Source of the DNA: an uncultured Pseudomonadota bacterium
GTDB taxonomy: Bacteria; UBA10199; JADFYH01
Reading direction: 5' to 3'
Assembly: GCA_964470915.1 (NCBI GenBank)
Contig: CAYYEM010000003.1
Location: 1-45,535, forward strand
DNA length: 45,535 nucleotides
Shown: positions 1 through 10,309 of the stretch, one piece after another
Numbering within the stretch: position 1 is the first letter of the stretch
Layout of the letters: the number at the start of each line of letters is the position of its first letter
The notes under the pieces: model-generated
Told to the model about the DNA's origin: nothing
Databases searched by the model: none
The model's input: only the letters and a program-made list of their open reading frames with translations
Translations under genes and position numbers: made by a program

Positions 1-4
1 CTAG

Positions 5-55
5 TGTGGGCGATGCAGGGATTGAACCTGCGACGTCTGCCTTGTAAGGGCAGCG
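5..55 (-). repeat. Truncated copy of the 3' two-thirds of tRNA-Val (51-bp direct repeat of 188..238)
   Basis: Positions 5..55 are identical to 188..238, which run from the D-stem 3' strand through the anticodon arm and T arm to the acceptor 3' end plus 2 nt. The sequence beyond 55 (gtttatcacc..) does not supply a D arm or a 5' acceptor strand, so this is not a complete tRNA. Confidence 0.8.
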
Positions 56-189
56 GTTTATCACCAAGGGAGGAAGAATCCTCCCTTCTGATTTGGCAAA
101 GCCAAATCATTCAACCCACCTCTGGCGCTCATTTTAGAGCGCTTCATTACCAGACTCTAATCACTACCCACTCAACACTACCTTTACTG

Positions 190-261
190 TGGGCGATGCA
201 GGGATTGAACCTGCGACGTCTGCCTTGTAAGGGCAGCGCTCTACCGCTGAGCTAATCGCCC
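190..261 (-). tRNA. tRNA-Val (anticodon UAC)
   Basis: The reverse complement folds as a cloverleaf. Acceptor GGGCGAT/ATCGCCC, D stem GCTC/GAGC, anticodon stem CTGCC/GGCAG with loop CTTACAA (anticodon TAC), 5-nt variable loop, T stem GCAGG/CCTGC with loop TTCAATC. CCA is not encoded. Confidence 0.9.
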
Positions 262-397
262 TATTATAAGGGGCTCGCGTCGCCCCCTCCATCCAGCAAA
301 GCTGGATTGGAGCCTCCCCCTCAACGCGCCTTTGGCGCTGAAAAAGTGAAGCAGCCTCTTAACAAAGATAGAGTAAAATGGTCAAGCAAGCTTTGAT

Positions 398-1789
398 CTA
401 TCTTTGTTTTTTTGAAACATGCTCTAAATGCTTGCGGATTTCCTTTTCATAGCCGTGGTCAGTAGGTTGATAGTAAATCTTTTCCTTTAACTGATCTGGT
501 AGATGTTGCTGGTTAGGCACTTTGCCATCATAGTCATGAGCATATTGATAAGCTTTGCCGTAATCCAATTCTTTCATCAGTTTTGTGGGCGCGTTTCTTA
601 AGTGGAGAGGAGTGGGCAAAGATCCAAATTCTTTTAAATCCGCTTTGGCTTTTTTGTAAGCCATATAACTGGCATTACTTTTGGGAGCAGATGCCAAATA
701 AGTGGCGGCTTGAGCGAGTGGAATCCACCCTTCAGGCATGCCCACAAAGTCATAAGCTTGCATGGCAGCGATGGCAACTTGAATCGCTTGTGGATCCGCA
801 TTGCCTACATCTTCTGAAGCGAAAATAACCATTCTTCGGGCCACAAAGAGAGGATCTTCTCCTGCTTCGAGCATGCGAGCAAGCCAGTAAACCGCTGCAT
901 CAGGATCGGAGCCCCGCATACTCTTAATAAAGGTAGAAATAACATTATAATGCTCTTCGCCGCCCTTATCATAAAGAAGCGCTTTTCTCTGAAGCGCCTC
1001 TTCGGCCATTTGCAGAGTAATGAATGAACTTGTGCTTCGACTAGGCTCAGCACGAACGGAAAAAGATTCGTTACCCCGTTCGCCCTGAGGCTCTCGAAGG
1101 GTAATGGTGCTATTTAATAATGATACCGCTACCTCCAATCCATTCAGCATTCGTCTGGCATCTCCTTCGGTAGACTTTATGATAAAATCTTTCGCTGTAT
1201 CTTCAATCTCTAAGGATGAAAACTTAAAGTGATCTTTTAATTCTAAAAGACCCTTTTCTAAAAGCGAATTTAAGGCAGTGTCGTCCAAAGATTTTAAAGT
1301 GAGTACTCGAGTGCGCGAGAGGAGGGGACTAATGACTTCAAAAGAAGGATTTTCTGTTGTTGCGCCAATCAAAGTGACGGTTCCATTTTCAATGTGAGGC
1401 AAAAAAGCATCTTGCTGGGCTTTGTTAAAGCGATGGATTTCATCCACAAACAAAATACTGGTTTTATTTTGATATTTTAAATCTTCTTTGGCCTTCTCAA
1501 TAATTTCCCGAACTTCTTTGACTCCCGAAAGTACGGCTGAAAAGAAATGAAATTTTCTTTGGGTATATTTTGCAATGAGATGAGCGAGGGTAGTTTTGCC
1601 CGTGCCTGGAGGCCCCCATAAAATCATCGAAGGAATTTGATCGGATTCGATCATTTTTCGCAAAGGAGCATTTTTACCTAGCAAATGTTCTTGGCCCACA
1701 AAGTCTTCTAGTTTTTTGGGACGAAGCCTTTCGGATAAGGGGGCGTGGGATTTATCTGTTTTGCTTTGTTGGAATTCAAAGAGATCCAT
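398..1789 (-). CDS. rarA: Replication-associated recombination protein A (RarA/MgsA AAA+ ATPase)
   Basis: 463-aa ORF. Walker A GPPGTGKTT, Walker B/sensor ILFVDEIHRFNKAQQD, and the C-terminal MgsA signature RGSDPDAAVYWLARMLEAGEDPLFVARRM..ASEDVGNADP. Confidence 0.9.
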   Translation of the reverse strand: MDLFEFQQSKTDKSHAPLSERLRPKKLEDFVGQEHLLGKNAPLRKMIESDQIPSMILWGPPGTGKTTLAHLIAKYTQRKFHFFSAVLSGVKEVREIIEKAKEDLKYQNKTSILFVDEIHRFNKAQQDAFLPHIENGTVTLIGATTENPSFEVISPLLSRTRVLTLKSLDDTALNSLLEKGLLELKDHFKFSSLEIEDTAKDFIIKSTEGDARRMLNGLEVAVSLLNSTITLREPQGERGNESFSVRAEPSRSTSSFITLQMAEEALQRKALLYDKGGEEHYNVISTFIKSMRGSDPDAAVYWLARMLEAGEDPLFVARRMVIFASEDVGNADPQAIQVAIAAMQAYDFVGMPEGWIPLAQAATYLASAPKSNASYMAYKKAKADLKEFGSLPTPLHLRNAPTKLMKELDYGKAYQYAHDYDGKVPNQQHLPDQLKEKIYYQPTDHGYEKEIRKHLEHVSKKQR

Positions 1790-1857
1790 GATTTTTGTTT
1801 TATCTCAAATAATGTGAGCGTTTGACAATAAGCTATTTATGATGAGAAATTAGGCCC

Positions 1858-3534
1858 ATGCTTCAAAGTCTTTCCATCCGACATTTTGCGATCATTGATA
1901 CCCTCGATTTAGAGTTTCAAAAAGGGCTCAATATTCTTTCGGGTGAAACTGGTGCGGGGAAATCGATTATCATGCAGGCCTTGAATCTTATTTTGGGGGG
2001 GCGGGCCTATGCAGATTTGATCCGCAGTGGTCATGAAGAATGTGAAGTGGCTGCCCAGTTTGATATTTCAGAGCTGCCTGCTTTGCAGGGTTTATTAAAA
2101 AAACAAGATTATCCGGCAGATGACACGCTGCTGATTCGGCGAGTGATTTCTCGATCAGGCAAAGGTCGAATTTGGTTAAATGATAAAGCCAGCACGGCTA
2201 ATTTGCTTCAGGAAATCGGAAAGTTTTTGATTGATTTGGTGAGCCAGAATGAATCTCAAAAACTTTTTTCGGAAGACATGCCTCGAATTTACCTCGATCA
2301 ATTTGCAGATCACCTCAAAATCCTGTCTGATTATCAAGCGGGATATCATGAATATTTAGAAACAAAATCAGAGCTTTCTCGAGTTGAAAACCAAATGAAA
2401 GAAGCTCGAGAACGTGAAGACCTGTATCGTTTTCAGCTTCAAGAAATTCAAGCAGCGAGTCTCAAGGCAGGAGAGGAAGAGGCACTTTTGCAAGATCGTA
2501 AGATTCTCGCCAATGCATCTAAAATTATCGAAAATTTGTCGGGTGCTGAATCGATGCTTTATTCGGCGAATGATTCTGCTACAGAGCTTGTCGGTAAATC
2601 GCAAAATCTCATTTCTAAATTTGCGGATCTGGATCCTCGTTTGGAGGAAGAATCAAAAAAGTTGTCTCAGGTATGCGATAGCTTAGATGAGGTGAGTCGT
2701 TTTCTGCAAAATTATCTTCAAAAAATTGATTTTGATCCGAATCGTTTGGAACAAATGGAAGAGCGTTTAGATGTGATTGCTTCTCTCAAGAAAAAATATG
2801 GGGGCAGTGTGGAAGCCGTTCTTGAAAAAGAAGTGGAGCTTTCCTCAAAGGTGGGCTTGCTCGAAAATCAAGATGAGGTGATGGAGGCTTTGAAGAAAAA
2901 ACTTTCAGAATGTCAGAAAAATCTTCTCGATCGAGGCCATCGTTTGCGATCTTCCCGAGTGGAAGCGGCCCGAAAGCTTTCCAAACTTCTTGAAAAAGAA
3001 TTAGCGCTTCTCGCCATGCCCAGCGCCAAATTTGAAGTGAGGGTTCTGCCTTTGAAATCGGAAGGAGAAGAAGTTTTCTCCCCTTCGGGTTTAGATGAAA
3101 TTATTTTTTATATTTCTCCCAACAAGGGAGAAGAAATGAAGCCGATGAATTTAATTGTATCAGGCGGTGAGCTTTCGCGTATTTTGCTAGCGCTCAAAAG
3201 TGTAACGCGCGATCCGGATTCGGCCGCTACTTTTGTGTTTGATGAAGTGGATGCAGGCATTGGAGGTGCAGTGGCTGAAGGGGTGGGTAAAAAATTGAAA
3301 AAGCTGGCGGCAGAAGCACAGGTTTTATGTATTACTCATCTTCCTCAAATTGCCGCTTGTGGAGATGTGCATTATCAGATTTCGAAAGTGGAAAAGAAAG
3401 AGCGTACTTCCACGCAAGTAAAACAATTGGATGAAACTGAGCGTGTCGATGAAATTGCACGTATGCTCGCGGGAGTAAAAATTACTGACAAAGCTCTTTC
3501 GCATGCGAAAGAACTCATTAAATTGATGTCTTAA
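1858..3534 (+). CDS. recN: DNA repair protein RecN
   Basis: 558-aa ORF. N-terminal SMC-like head with Walker A GETGAGKSI, a long central coiled coil, and C-terminal signature SGGELSRILLALK plus Walker B FVFDEVDAGIGG. Confidence 0.9.
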   Translation: MLQSLSIRHFAIIDTLDLEFQKGLNILSGETGAGKSIIMQALNLILGGRAYADLIRSGHEECEVAAQFDISELPALQGLLKKQDYPADDTLLIRRVISRSGKGRIWLNDKASTANLLQEIGKFLIDLVSQNESQKLFSEDMPRIYLDQFADHLKILSDYQAGYHEYLETKSELSRVENQMKEAREREDLYRFQLQEIQAASLKAGEEEALLQDRKILANASKIIENLSGAESMLYSANDSATELVGKSQNLISKFADLDPRLEEESKKLSQVCDSLDEVSRFLQNYLQKIDFDPNRLEQMEERLDVIASLKKKYGGSVEAVLEKEVELSSKVGLLENQDEVMEALKKKLSECQKNLLDRGHRLRSSRVEAARKLSKLLEKELALLAMPSAKFEVRVLPLKSEGEEVFSPSGLDEIIFYISPNKGEEMKPMNLIVSGGELSRILLALKSVTRDPDSAATFVFDEVDAGIGGAVAEGVGKKLKKLAAEAQVLCITHLPQIAACGDVHYQISKVEKKERTSTQVKQLDETERVDEIARMLAGVKITDKALSHAKELIKLMS

Positions 3535-3665
3535 TAGAGGTGAAACCCCCTTTGAAATAATTTTTTAAAACTCCAAGACGCTGCTTTGGTTTTCGAAAAG
3601 ATACTTGAATTTTGATAGACCCACCTTAAAGTTTTAAAAAATTATCTCAAAGGAGTTTTTTGTTT

Positions 3666-5009
3666 ATGGAATTTAAAAAAATAATCCAATCCTTCAAAGA
3701 AAAACTTGCTCAGAAAAACGCACCTGAGTTTGAGATTTTTTTGAGTCGAGAACAAGAAGTAGAAGTAGAAGTAAAAGACCAGCAAATGCATGCTTTTAAT
3801 GCATCTGAAAGTATGGGGGTGGCACTGCGAGTGATTATGGAGAAACAATTGGGTTTTTCTTACACCACTGATTTCTCAGAAGCGGCTATTCAGAAATGTG
3901 TTGATTTAGCGCTCGTTACCTCTCGTTATTCCAATAAGCGCGAGTTTTTATCTTTTCCCCCTTCTCAAAAGGATGAAGCAGCAGTCGATCTTAAAGATTT
4001 CGATGCACAGTTTTCTAACACCTCACAGCAAGCTCGTTTGAAAAAAGCATTGGAAATGGAAAAGGCTGCCTTGTCTTTGGACCCTCGTTTGAAAAGGGTG
4101 AGAGGGGCTTCTTATAGTGGATCTCTTTCAGAAGTTTATTTGGAAAATTCTTGGGGTTTAAAAAAACATCATCAAAAAACAATGAATGTGCTTTCGCTGA
4201 TGGCGGTTGCAGAAGCAGATGAAGATGCGGAAGGTGTTTTTGAATTTGATTTTTCTTCTTACCTTGAAAATATTTCTCCAGAAAATGTGGGTAAAAAAGC
4301 TGCGCAGAAGGCTTTAGCTTATTTGGGAGGAAAGTCTGGTCCTACTTTGAGATGTCCAGTGATATTGGATTCTCTTGTAGCCGCCGAAATTTTGGATGTT
4401 TTAGCACCCAGTTTTTATGCTGATAATCTTTTAAAGAAACGCTCACTTTTTGAAGCTCAACAAAATCAAAAAGTGTTATCTCCTCAAATCACTCTCATCG
4501 ATGACGCTAGGCTTGAGGGGGGGTATGCTTCATTTCCTTTTGATGCAGAAGGGGTGTCGACTCGAAAAACAGAAGTGATTCAAAATGGTGTCTTTAAAAA
4601 ATGTTTAGCAGATCTTGAATATGGTGCTCGTTATGGAAGTGGTACGACAGGCTCTAGCGAACGAGAGGATCTGAAAAGTCCTCCACAGATTTCTTATTCC
4701 AATTTGTATTTGAAACCAGGTTTATTAAGTTTTGAAAAATTACTTCAGCAAGTTCCGCAGGCTATTTACATCACCGAGTTGATTGGAATGCATACAGCGA
4801 ATCCTATTTCTGGAGATTTTTCAGTCGGGGCTCAAGGTTTTTGGGTAGAGAAGGGCGAGGTGAAATATCCGCTTAAGCAGATAGCCCTCTCGGGAAATTT
4901 AAAAGAAATGTTAAATAAGGTTCAAGGCATTGCTTCTGACCTTCGATATTACTTTAAAGTTGCCTCTCCATCGATTTTGATTGAAGAAATGGATGTGGCG
5001 GGTGCTTAA
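3666..5009 (+). CDS. pmbA: TldD/PmbA-family protein, PmbA(TldE)-like
   Basis: The ORF track starts at TTG 3660, but ATG 3666 sits 10 nt after AGGAG (3651-3655). About 447 aa with the family C-terminal pattern (ITELIGMHTANPISGDFSVGAQGFWVEKGE). No HExxxH metal motif, which favours PmbA over TldD. Confidence 0.75.
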   Translation: MEFKKIIQSFKEKLAQKNAPEFEIFLSREQEVEVEVKDQQMHAFNASESMGVALRVIMEKQLGFSYTTDFSEAAIQKCVDLALVTSRYSNKREFLSFPPSQKDEAAVDLKDFDAQFSNTSQQARLKKALEMEKAALSLDPRLKRVRGASYSGSLSEVYLENSWGLKKHHQKTMNVLSLMAVAEADEDAEGVFEFDFSSYLENISPENVGKKAAQKALAYLGGKSGPTLRCPVILDSLVAAEILDVLAPSFYADNLLKKRSLFEAQQNQKVLSPQITLIDDARLEGGYASFPFDAEGVSTRKTEVIQNGVFKKCLADLEYGARYGSGTTGSSEREDLKSPPQISYSNLYLKPGLLSFEKLLQQVPQAIYITELIGMHTANPISGDFSVGAQGFWVEKGEVKYPLKQIALSGNLKEMLNKVQGIASDLRYYFKVASPSILIEEMDVAGA

Positions 5010-5014
5010 AAAAA

Positions 5015-5043
5015 TTGACCCCTTTTTTATCCTCTATTATAAT
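5015..5043 (+). promoter_or_regulatory. Sigma-70-type promoter for the PP2C phosphatase gene
   Basis: TTGACC (5015-5020), a 17-nt spacer, then TATAAT (5038-5043), 46 nt upstream of ATG 5090. Confidence 0.6.
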
Positions 5044-5089
5044 CCACGAATGTCTAATGGTTTAAACACTTTATCGGCGTCTAAAAATC

Positions 5090-5854
5090 ATGATCAAAAT
5101 TGAATCTTACGGAATGTCTAATGTGGGAATGAAGCGAAGCCATAACGAAGATCATTATTTAATGAATGATGATCTTCAGCTTTACGTGGTGGCAGATGGC
5201 ATGGGGGGACATTTGGGCGGAGAGTTTGCATCTAAAATGGCAGTAGCGACGGTAGAAGAAGTGGTTCAGAGACTTACAGGACCAGAAGCTCCTGTGATTG
5301 AAGGCGTGAATTCTGAAAATGTCTCGATAGGTGAAAAACTTCGTTTTGCGATTAAAGAAGCTGGTAAGCGAATTTATGATCAGTCTTTATATGATGAAGG
5401 CTTGAAGGGGATGGGAACCACAACGGTGGCTAGCTTGGTGCAGGATGGCAAGGCTTATGTGGCGAATGTGGGTGATTCAAGGGCTTATTTTGTACGGGAT
5501 GGAGAAATTCAACAAATTACAGAAGATCATTCTTTAGTCAGCGAGCAGGTGAGAGCTGGTATTTTGTCTGCAAATGATGCCAAGGGCCATCGTTTAAAAA
5601 ATATCATTACACGTTCAGTAGGTTATCAAGAAGAGGTGGATCCTGACGTCAAAATTCATGAGCTTAAAGCCGGTGATAAAATTTTAATGTGCTCCGATGG
5701 TTTGTCTAATTTAGTGGAAGATCGAGAGATTTTGGACCTGCTTTCGCAGGCTTCTTTGAAAGAGTCCTGTGAAAAACTCATTGATCTGGCCAATGAAAGA
5801 GGCGGTGACGATAATATTACAGTAGTTGTTGTGCAAGCTGTTGAAATTAATTAA
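5090..5854 (+). CDS. PP2C-family Ser/Thr protein phosphatase (Stp/PrpC-like)
   Basis: 254-aa ORF with PP2C motifs RSHNEDH, VADGMGGH, GMGTT, CSDGLSN and GGDDNITVVVV. Confidence 0.9.
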   Translation: MIKIESYGMSNVGMKRSHNEDHYLMNDDLQLYVVADGMGGHLGGEFASKMAVATVEEVVQRLTGPEAPVIEGVNSENVSIGEKLRFAIKEAGKRIYDQSLYDEGLKGMGTTTVASLVQDGKAYVANVGDSRAYFVRDGEIQQITEDHSLVSEQVRAGILSANDAKGHRLKNIITRSVGYQEEVDPDVKIHELKAGDKILMCSDGLSNLVEDREILDLLSQASLKESCEKLIDLANERGGDDNITVVVVQAVEIN

Positions 5855-6044
5855 CTTTTAAGCCTTGACCTTCCTGTACTCCTCTGTTACCTTGCCTTCA
5901 AATAAGTATAAAATCCTTAACAAGTTTTAACTTCTTTTAACTTTCCCATTGGGAAGGGAGAAAAAGTAAGCGTCTTTTCCTTCAAAGAGCCGATAAAGAA
6001 AGCATCGGAGCACTGAAGGTAGTACGCCGCTTAAGGAGGTTCTC

Positions 6045-6971
6045 ATGAATCGATATAGTGTATTGGTTATCCCTGAAAATCATCTGGAATCAAAACGATT
6101 TCATGTGCCGAAGTTTGCCGTTCATTTAGGTATTTTAGGTTTTGCTTTTCTTTTAATATTCACGACCGTCATGAGTTGGGGTTTTCTTCATTATAGAAAG
6201 ATTGCCATTCAAGCTTCCTCAGGTTCTTCCATGGAAGACACTTTCAAAGCTCAACTTCTTACTAAAGTCAGTCAATTGGAAGATTCACTGAAGCGAACCC
6301 AACAGTTTGCTTCTCGTTTAGAGACTATGGTTGGAGTAGATTCCGGCAAGTTGAAAATTGGAGTAGGACCTTTAGGTGAACAGGATGATTTTGGAAAATA
6401 TTTAGATAAAATTAGTAAGCTTCCCAAACCAAATGATCCACAACTCTTCGCAGATTCTTCCAGTAATCTTTATGATAAGTTAGGTTCTAGAATTGATGAG
6501 CTTTCTGGTTTTGCCATGGCCCTCGAAACTCGAGTGAATGAAGTTTATGAGTTGGGTCAAGATAAGTTGTCTTATTGGACCTCAACCCCTTCACTTTGGC
6601 CCGTTCAAGGTTGGGTGACAAGTGATTTTGGTTCTCGTATTTCTCCTTTAAGTGGAATGCCAAAATTTCATGAAGGGGTAGATATTGCAGCTCCTTATGG
6701 CTCTGCGATTTATGCGCCTGCAGATGGAAAAATTTCATTTGCTGGTTCTAAGGGTGGATACGGAAATGCCTTGGTACTTGATCATGGATACGGGGTTTCT
6801 ACGATGTATGCACATACCTCTGCCTTCTACGTAAAAGAAGGAGATAAGGTGAAGCGTGGTCAAATGTTGGCTGCCGTAGGTAGCACCGGTGCTTCCACAG
6901 GTCCTCATCTTCATTATGAAGTCCATGTTGACGGTGTGCCGACTGATCCGATGAAATTTGTGTTAAAATAA
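6045..6971 (+). CDS. M23-family metallopeptidase (murein endopeptidase-like) with N-terminal TM and coiled coil
   Basis: 308 aa. N-terminal TM LGILGFAFLLIFTTVMSWGF. M23 motifs HEGVDIAAPYGSAIYAPADGKI and STGPHLHYEVHVDG. RBS AAGGAGG upstream. Confidence 0.85.
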   Translation: MNRYSVLVIPENHLESKRFHVPKFAVHLGILGFAFLLIFTTVMSWGFLHYRKIAIQASSGSSMEDTFKAQLLTKVSQLEDSLKRTQQFASRLETMVGVDSGKLKIGVGPLGEQDDFGKYLDKISKLPKPNDPQLFADSSSNLYDKLGSRIDELSGFAMALETRVNEVYELGQDKLSYWTSTPSLWPVQGWVTSDFGSRISPLSGMPKFHEGVDIAAPYGSAIYAPADGKISFAGSKGGYGNALVLDHGYGVSTMYAHTSAFYVKEGDKVKRGQMLAAVGSTGASTGPHLHYEVHVDGVPTDPMKFVLK

Positions 6972-6977
6972 TAAATT

Positions 6978-7475
6978 ATGAAAAAAAAAGTTTGGTCTTA
7001 TTTTTTCCTTTTCACATTACTTTCATTTCAAACAGTTTCTTTTGTTTTGGCTGCAGAAACAGCTCAAGACATTCTCAAGAAAATTAAAGTTCCAAATTCT
7101 AACTGGGCTTTGAATAAAGCTAAGCCTGATGATAAAGATGAACTAGCTCTTTCTGTCACAAAAGAAGGAGGTTCAGTTGGTATTCGAATTATGGTCCGTG
7201 AATATCCAGGCTCTTCAGAAGAATATTTAAATATGGTGAGAGGTATTTTACTCAAGAACCCATCTTATGTGGGTGCAAAAGCTTCCCCGGTGAGCAAACA
7301 GCAAATTGAAGGAAAATCTTGGGATGTTTGTACCTTCGAGAATCCTTCAAAGCTTTATCAAGAATTGGTTGCCAGAAAAATAGGGTCTTTTATAGTTTAC
7401 TCGATTTATACCGCCACGAATGGAAGAGGCGCTAGTTATCGGCCAGATATGCTCAGTATCTTAGGGCAGATTTAA
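6978..7475 (+). CDS. Hypothetical secreted protein (signal peptide)
   Basis: 165-aa ORF with an N-terminal signal peptide MKKKVWSYFFLFTLLSFQTVSFVLA/AE. No family recognised. Confidence 0.5.
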   Translation: MKKKVWSYFFLFTLLSFQTVSFVLAAETAQDILKKIKVPNSNWALNKAKPDDKDELALSVTKEGGSVGIRIMVREYPGSSEEYLNMVRGILLKNPSYVGAKASPVSKQQIEGKSWDVCTFENPSKLYQELVARKIGSFIVYSIYTATNGRGASYRPDMLSILGQI

Positions 7476-7591
7476 GCTTTTCAATAAAGTTTTGTTACTT
7501 TCTTTTTTAATGTTCATTCTTTAGATGAACTTGATATACTTTCCTTTCCTTTTGACTCCTTTTAATTTTTAGGTTACCGAAGAAAGCCATT

Positions 7592-10258
7592 ATGTTCAGT
7601 AGCTTGGCGAGAAAAATTTTTGGTAGTAAAAATGATCGAGAATTAAAGCGTATTCATCCTATTGTGAATTGCATTAACGATCTTGAACCATCCGTACAAT
7701 CTCTCTCTAATGATGAGCTGAAAGCTAAAACCCATCATTTCAAAGAAAGAATTTCAAAAGGTGAAAGTTTAGATTCCATTTTACCTGAAGCATTTGCCGT
7801 AGTGCGTGAGGCTTCTAAGCGTGTGCTTGGTATGCGTCACTTTGATTCTCAATTGATTGGGGGAATTGTTTTGCACGAAGGCAAAATTGCTGAAATGAAA
7901 ACAGGTGAAGGAAAAACCTTGGTAGCAACTTTACCTGTTTATTTAAATGCACTCGAAGGTAAAGGCGTTCATGTCGTAACAGTGAATGACTATCTTGCTA
8001 AACGTGACTCTGAGTGGATGGGTCGTTTGTATAAGTTTTTGGGTTTGAGCGTGGGTGTAATTGTCCATGGGCTCGATGATGCAGAACGAAAAGAAAATTA
8101 TGCTGCAGATGTGACTTATGGCACCAACAATGAATATGGTTTTGATTATTTACGCGATAACATGAAGTTTGAACTCTCTCAGTATGTTCAGAGAGATTTA
8201 CATTTTGCGATTGTAGACGAGGTCGATAGTATTTTGATCGACGAAGCCAGAACTCCTTTAATTATTTCAGGACCTACCGATGATTCTACCGATAAATATT
8301 TCAAGATTGATCGTATTATTCCAAATTTAAAAAAAGAATCTGATTACACCATCGATGAAAAAAGTAAGACGGTTGTATTGACCGATGCTGGGGTAGGTCA
8401 TGTAGAAAAACTTTTGGGAATGCAAAATTTGTTTGATCCCCAGAATATGGAAACTCTTCACCATGTTAATCAAGCGTTGAAAGCACATACCTTATTTAAA
8501 CTGGATGTGGACTATGTGGTAAAAGAAGGTGAAGTGATTATTGTCGATGAATTTACGGGGCGCCTTATGCCAGGTCGTCGTTGGAGCGACGGTTTGCATC
8601 AAGCGATTGAAGCAAAAGAAAAAGTAAATGTTGAAAATGAAAATCAAACTTTAGCGACTATTACTTTCCAGAATTATTTCCGCATGTATAAAAAATTGGC
8701 AGGTATGACAGGAACCGCCGATACCGAGGCTGCTGAATTTAATAAAATCTATAATCTTGATGTGATGGTGATTCCTACGAATCGTTTAATGATTCGTAAA
8801 GATGAGCCAGACATGATTTATAAAAACGAAAGAGGCAAGTTTAAGGCAGTGGTAGAAGAGGTGGTGGAATGCCATGAAAAAGGCCAACCCGTTTTAGTGG
8901 GAACTATTTCCATTGAGAAGTCAGAAGTGCTGGCAGGAATGCTTTCCCGCCGTGGTATTAAACATCATGTTTTAAATGCCAAACATCATGAAAAAGAAGC
9001 TGAAATTGTTGCGCAGGCAGGTCGTCACAAAGCTGTGACAATTTCTACTAATATGGCAGGTCGCGGAACCGATATTTTGCTGGGAGGAAATCCGGAGTTT
9101 TTAGCGAAGTCTAAGGTGGGTCCCGAAGCGACTCCAGAACAATACGAACAAGTTTTGGAACAATTCAAAATGAGTTGTGAAGAGGAAAAGAAAAAAGTGG
9201 TGGAAGCAGGGGGCTTGCATATCATTGGAACTGAACGGCATGAATCCCGTCGAATCGATAATCAGTTGAGAGGACGAGCAGGTCGTCAAGGAGATCCGGG
9301 TTCTTCAAAATTTTACATCTCGCTCGAAGATGACCTGATGCGCATATTTGGCTCAGATCGGATTGCAGGAATGATGGATAAATTGGGCATGGAAGAAGAT
9401 GAGCCTATTTTTCATCCCTGGATTAGTAAAGCGATTGAGAATGCACAAAAGAAAGTTGAATCTCACAATTTTGATATTCGTAAGAACGTCATTCAATACG
9501 ACGATGTGATGAACCAACAAAGAAGTACGGTTTATAAACTACGTCGTGAAATATTAGCAGGCACAGATACTCGTGAAAAAATTCTAGATGTGCTTGATCA
9601 AATTGCCCAACAAATTTCCTTTGAATTTGAGCCTGATAAAAATGAAGTTTGGGATCTGAAAGGAATGAATGAAAAAGTATTCAAACTTTTTGGATACCGT
9701 TTGGAAGCTGTGACTGATTTGGAAAGTATGAGCTCTGATCAGATGGGAGAGCTTCTTTATAATAAGGCATTTGATTTTTATGAAGAGAAGGAAAAGAAAG
9801 TAGGGGTCGAGGTGTTGCGTCATGTTGAGCGCATCATTTTGCTTCAAACACTGGATACTCTTTGGAAAGATCATTTGCTGAATATGGATCATTTACGTGA
9901 AGGAATAGGGCTGCGAGGTTATGCTCAAAAAGATCCTATTGTAGAATATAAACGAGAAGGTTTTGATTTGTTTGAGGGCATGATTGCTCAAATGAATGAA
10001 GATGTGATTGAAAAATTATTTCATGTTCAGGTGGAGCATCGTGAAGCAGGAGAGCTTGAAACACGACATCGCCCCCAGCCTATGGTTTTAGGGCGTGGCA
10101 ACTTGCCAACGATGGCAACAAATTCTTCTCCTGAATTACCGTCAGCTCAAGCTTCTGTGAGCCAGCAAACTATTCAAAGACAATATCCTAAAGTGGGCCG
10201 TAACGATCCTTGCTCTTGTGGAAGTGGAGAAAAATATAAGAAGTGTCATGGAAAATAA
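7592..10258 (+). CDS. secA: Preprotein translocase ATPase SecA
   Basis: 888 aa. N-terminus [20 protein letters not shown], Walker [14 protein letters not shown]-like [29 protein letters not shown], and a C-terminal zinc motif [14 protein letters not shown]. Confidence 0.95.
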   Translation: MFSSLARKIFGSKNDRELKRIHPIVNCINDLEPSVQSLSNDELKAKTHHFKERISKGESLDSILPEAFAVVREASKRVLGMRHFDSQLIGGIVLHEGKIAEMKTGEGKTLVATLPVYLNALEGKGVHVVTVNDYLAKRDSEWMGRLYKFLGLSVGVIVHGLDDAERKENYAADVTYGTNNEYGFDYLRDNMKFELSQYVQRDLHFAIVDEVDSILIDEARTPLIISGPTDDSTDKYFKIDRIIPNLKKESDYTIDEKSKTVVLTDAGVGHVEKLLGMQNLFDPQNMETLHHVNQALKAHTLFKLDVDYVVKEGEVIIVDEFTGRLMPGRRWSDGLHQAIEAKEKVNVENENQTLATITFQNYFRMYKKLAGMTGTADTEAAEFNKIYNLDVMVIPTNRLMIRKDEPDMIYKNERGKFKAVVEEVVECHEKGQPVLVGTISIEKSEVLAGMLSRRGIKHHVLNAKHHEKEAEIVAQAGRHKAVTISTNMAGRGTDILLGGNPEFLAKSKVGPEATPEQYEQVLEQFKMSCEEEKKKVVEAGGLHIIGTERHESRRIDNQLRGRAGRQGDPGSSKFYISLEDDLMRIFGSDRIAGMMDKLGMEEDEPIFHPWISKAIENAQKKVESHNFDIRKNVIQYDDVMNQQRSTVYKLRREILAGTDTREKILDVLDQIAQQISFEFEPDKNEVWDLKGMNEKVFKLFGYRLEAVTDLESMSSDQMGELLYNKAFDFYEEKEKKVGVEVLRHVERIILLQTLDTLWKDHLLNMDHLREGIGLRGYAQKDPIVEYKREGFDLFEGMIAQMNEDVIEKLFHVQVEHREAGELETRHRPQPMVLGRGNLPTMATNSSPELPSAQASVSQQTIQRQYPKVGRNDPCSCGSGEKYKKCHGK

Positions 10259-10309
10259 ATTGTAGGGACGATTCATGAGTCGCCCTTACGAAGATTTAGA
10301 AAGAAAGAA

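Noticed and set aside
5-238. Two identical 51-bp repeats spaced 183 bp apart, considered as a possible CRISPR or tandem array
   Set aside because: There are only two copies, the repeat is tRNA sequence, no cas genes are present and the spacing is not CRISPR-like.
4-255. 83-aa plus-strand ORF at the window start
   Set aside because: It runs antisense through tRNA-Val and its partial duplicate, and its internal repeat (MWAMQGLNLRRLPCKGS twice) is simply the translated tRNA repeat. It is not a gene.
361-413. 12-bp inverted repeat (AACAAAGATAGA / TCTATCTTTGTT) overlapping the rarA stop, followed by T7 on the plus strand
   Set aside because: It looks like a terminator only for plus-strand transcription, and no plus-strand gene lies upstream. 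On the rarA strand the hairpin has no downstream U-tract. Its function is unclear and the loop is long (24 nt).
1024-1105. Possible ~25-aa insertion (REPQGERGNESFSVRAEPSRSTSS) in RarA with a 7-bp inverted repeat (CGAACGG..CCGTTCG) in the DNA
   Set aside because: This linker between the AAA+ lid and the MgsA C-terminal domain is variable in the family. Without an alignment I cannot show it is an insertion, and the reading frame is intact.
9584-9892. Antisense or alternative-frame ORFs inside long genes (for example 9025..9225, 9584..9892, 12033..12392, 14194..14580, 37038..37460, 38339..38689, 30525..30728)
   Set aside because: All are nested within strongly supported genes (secA, sctV, the FHA protein, the kinase, sctR/S). 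They lack RBSs and recognisable motifs, so they are treated as frame shadows.
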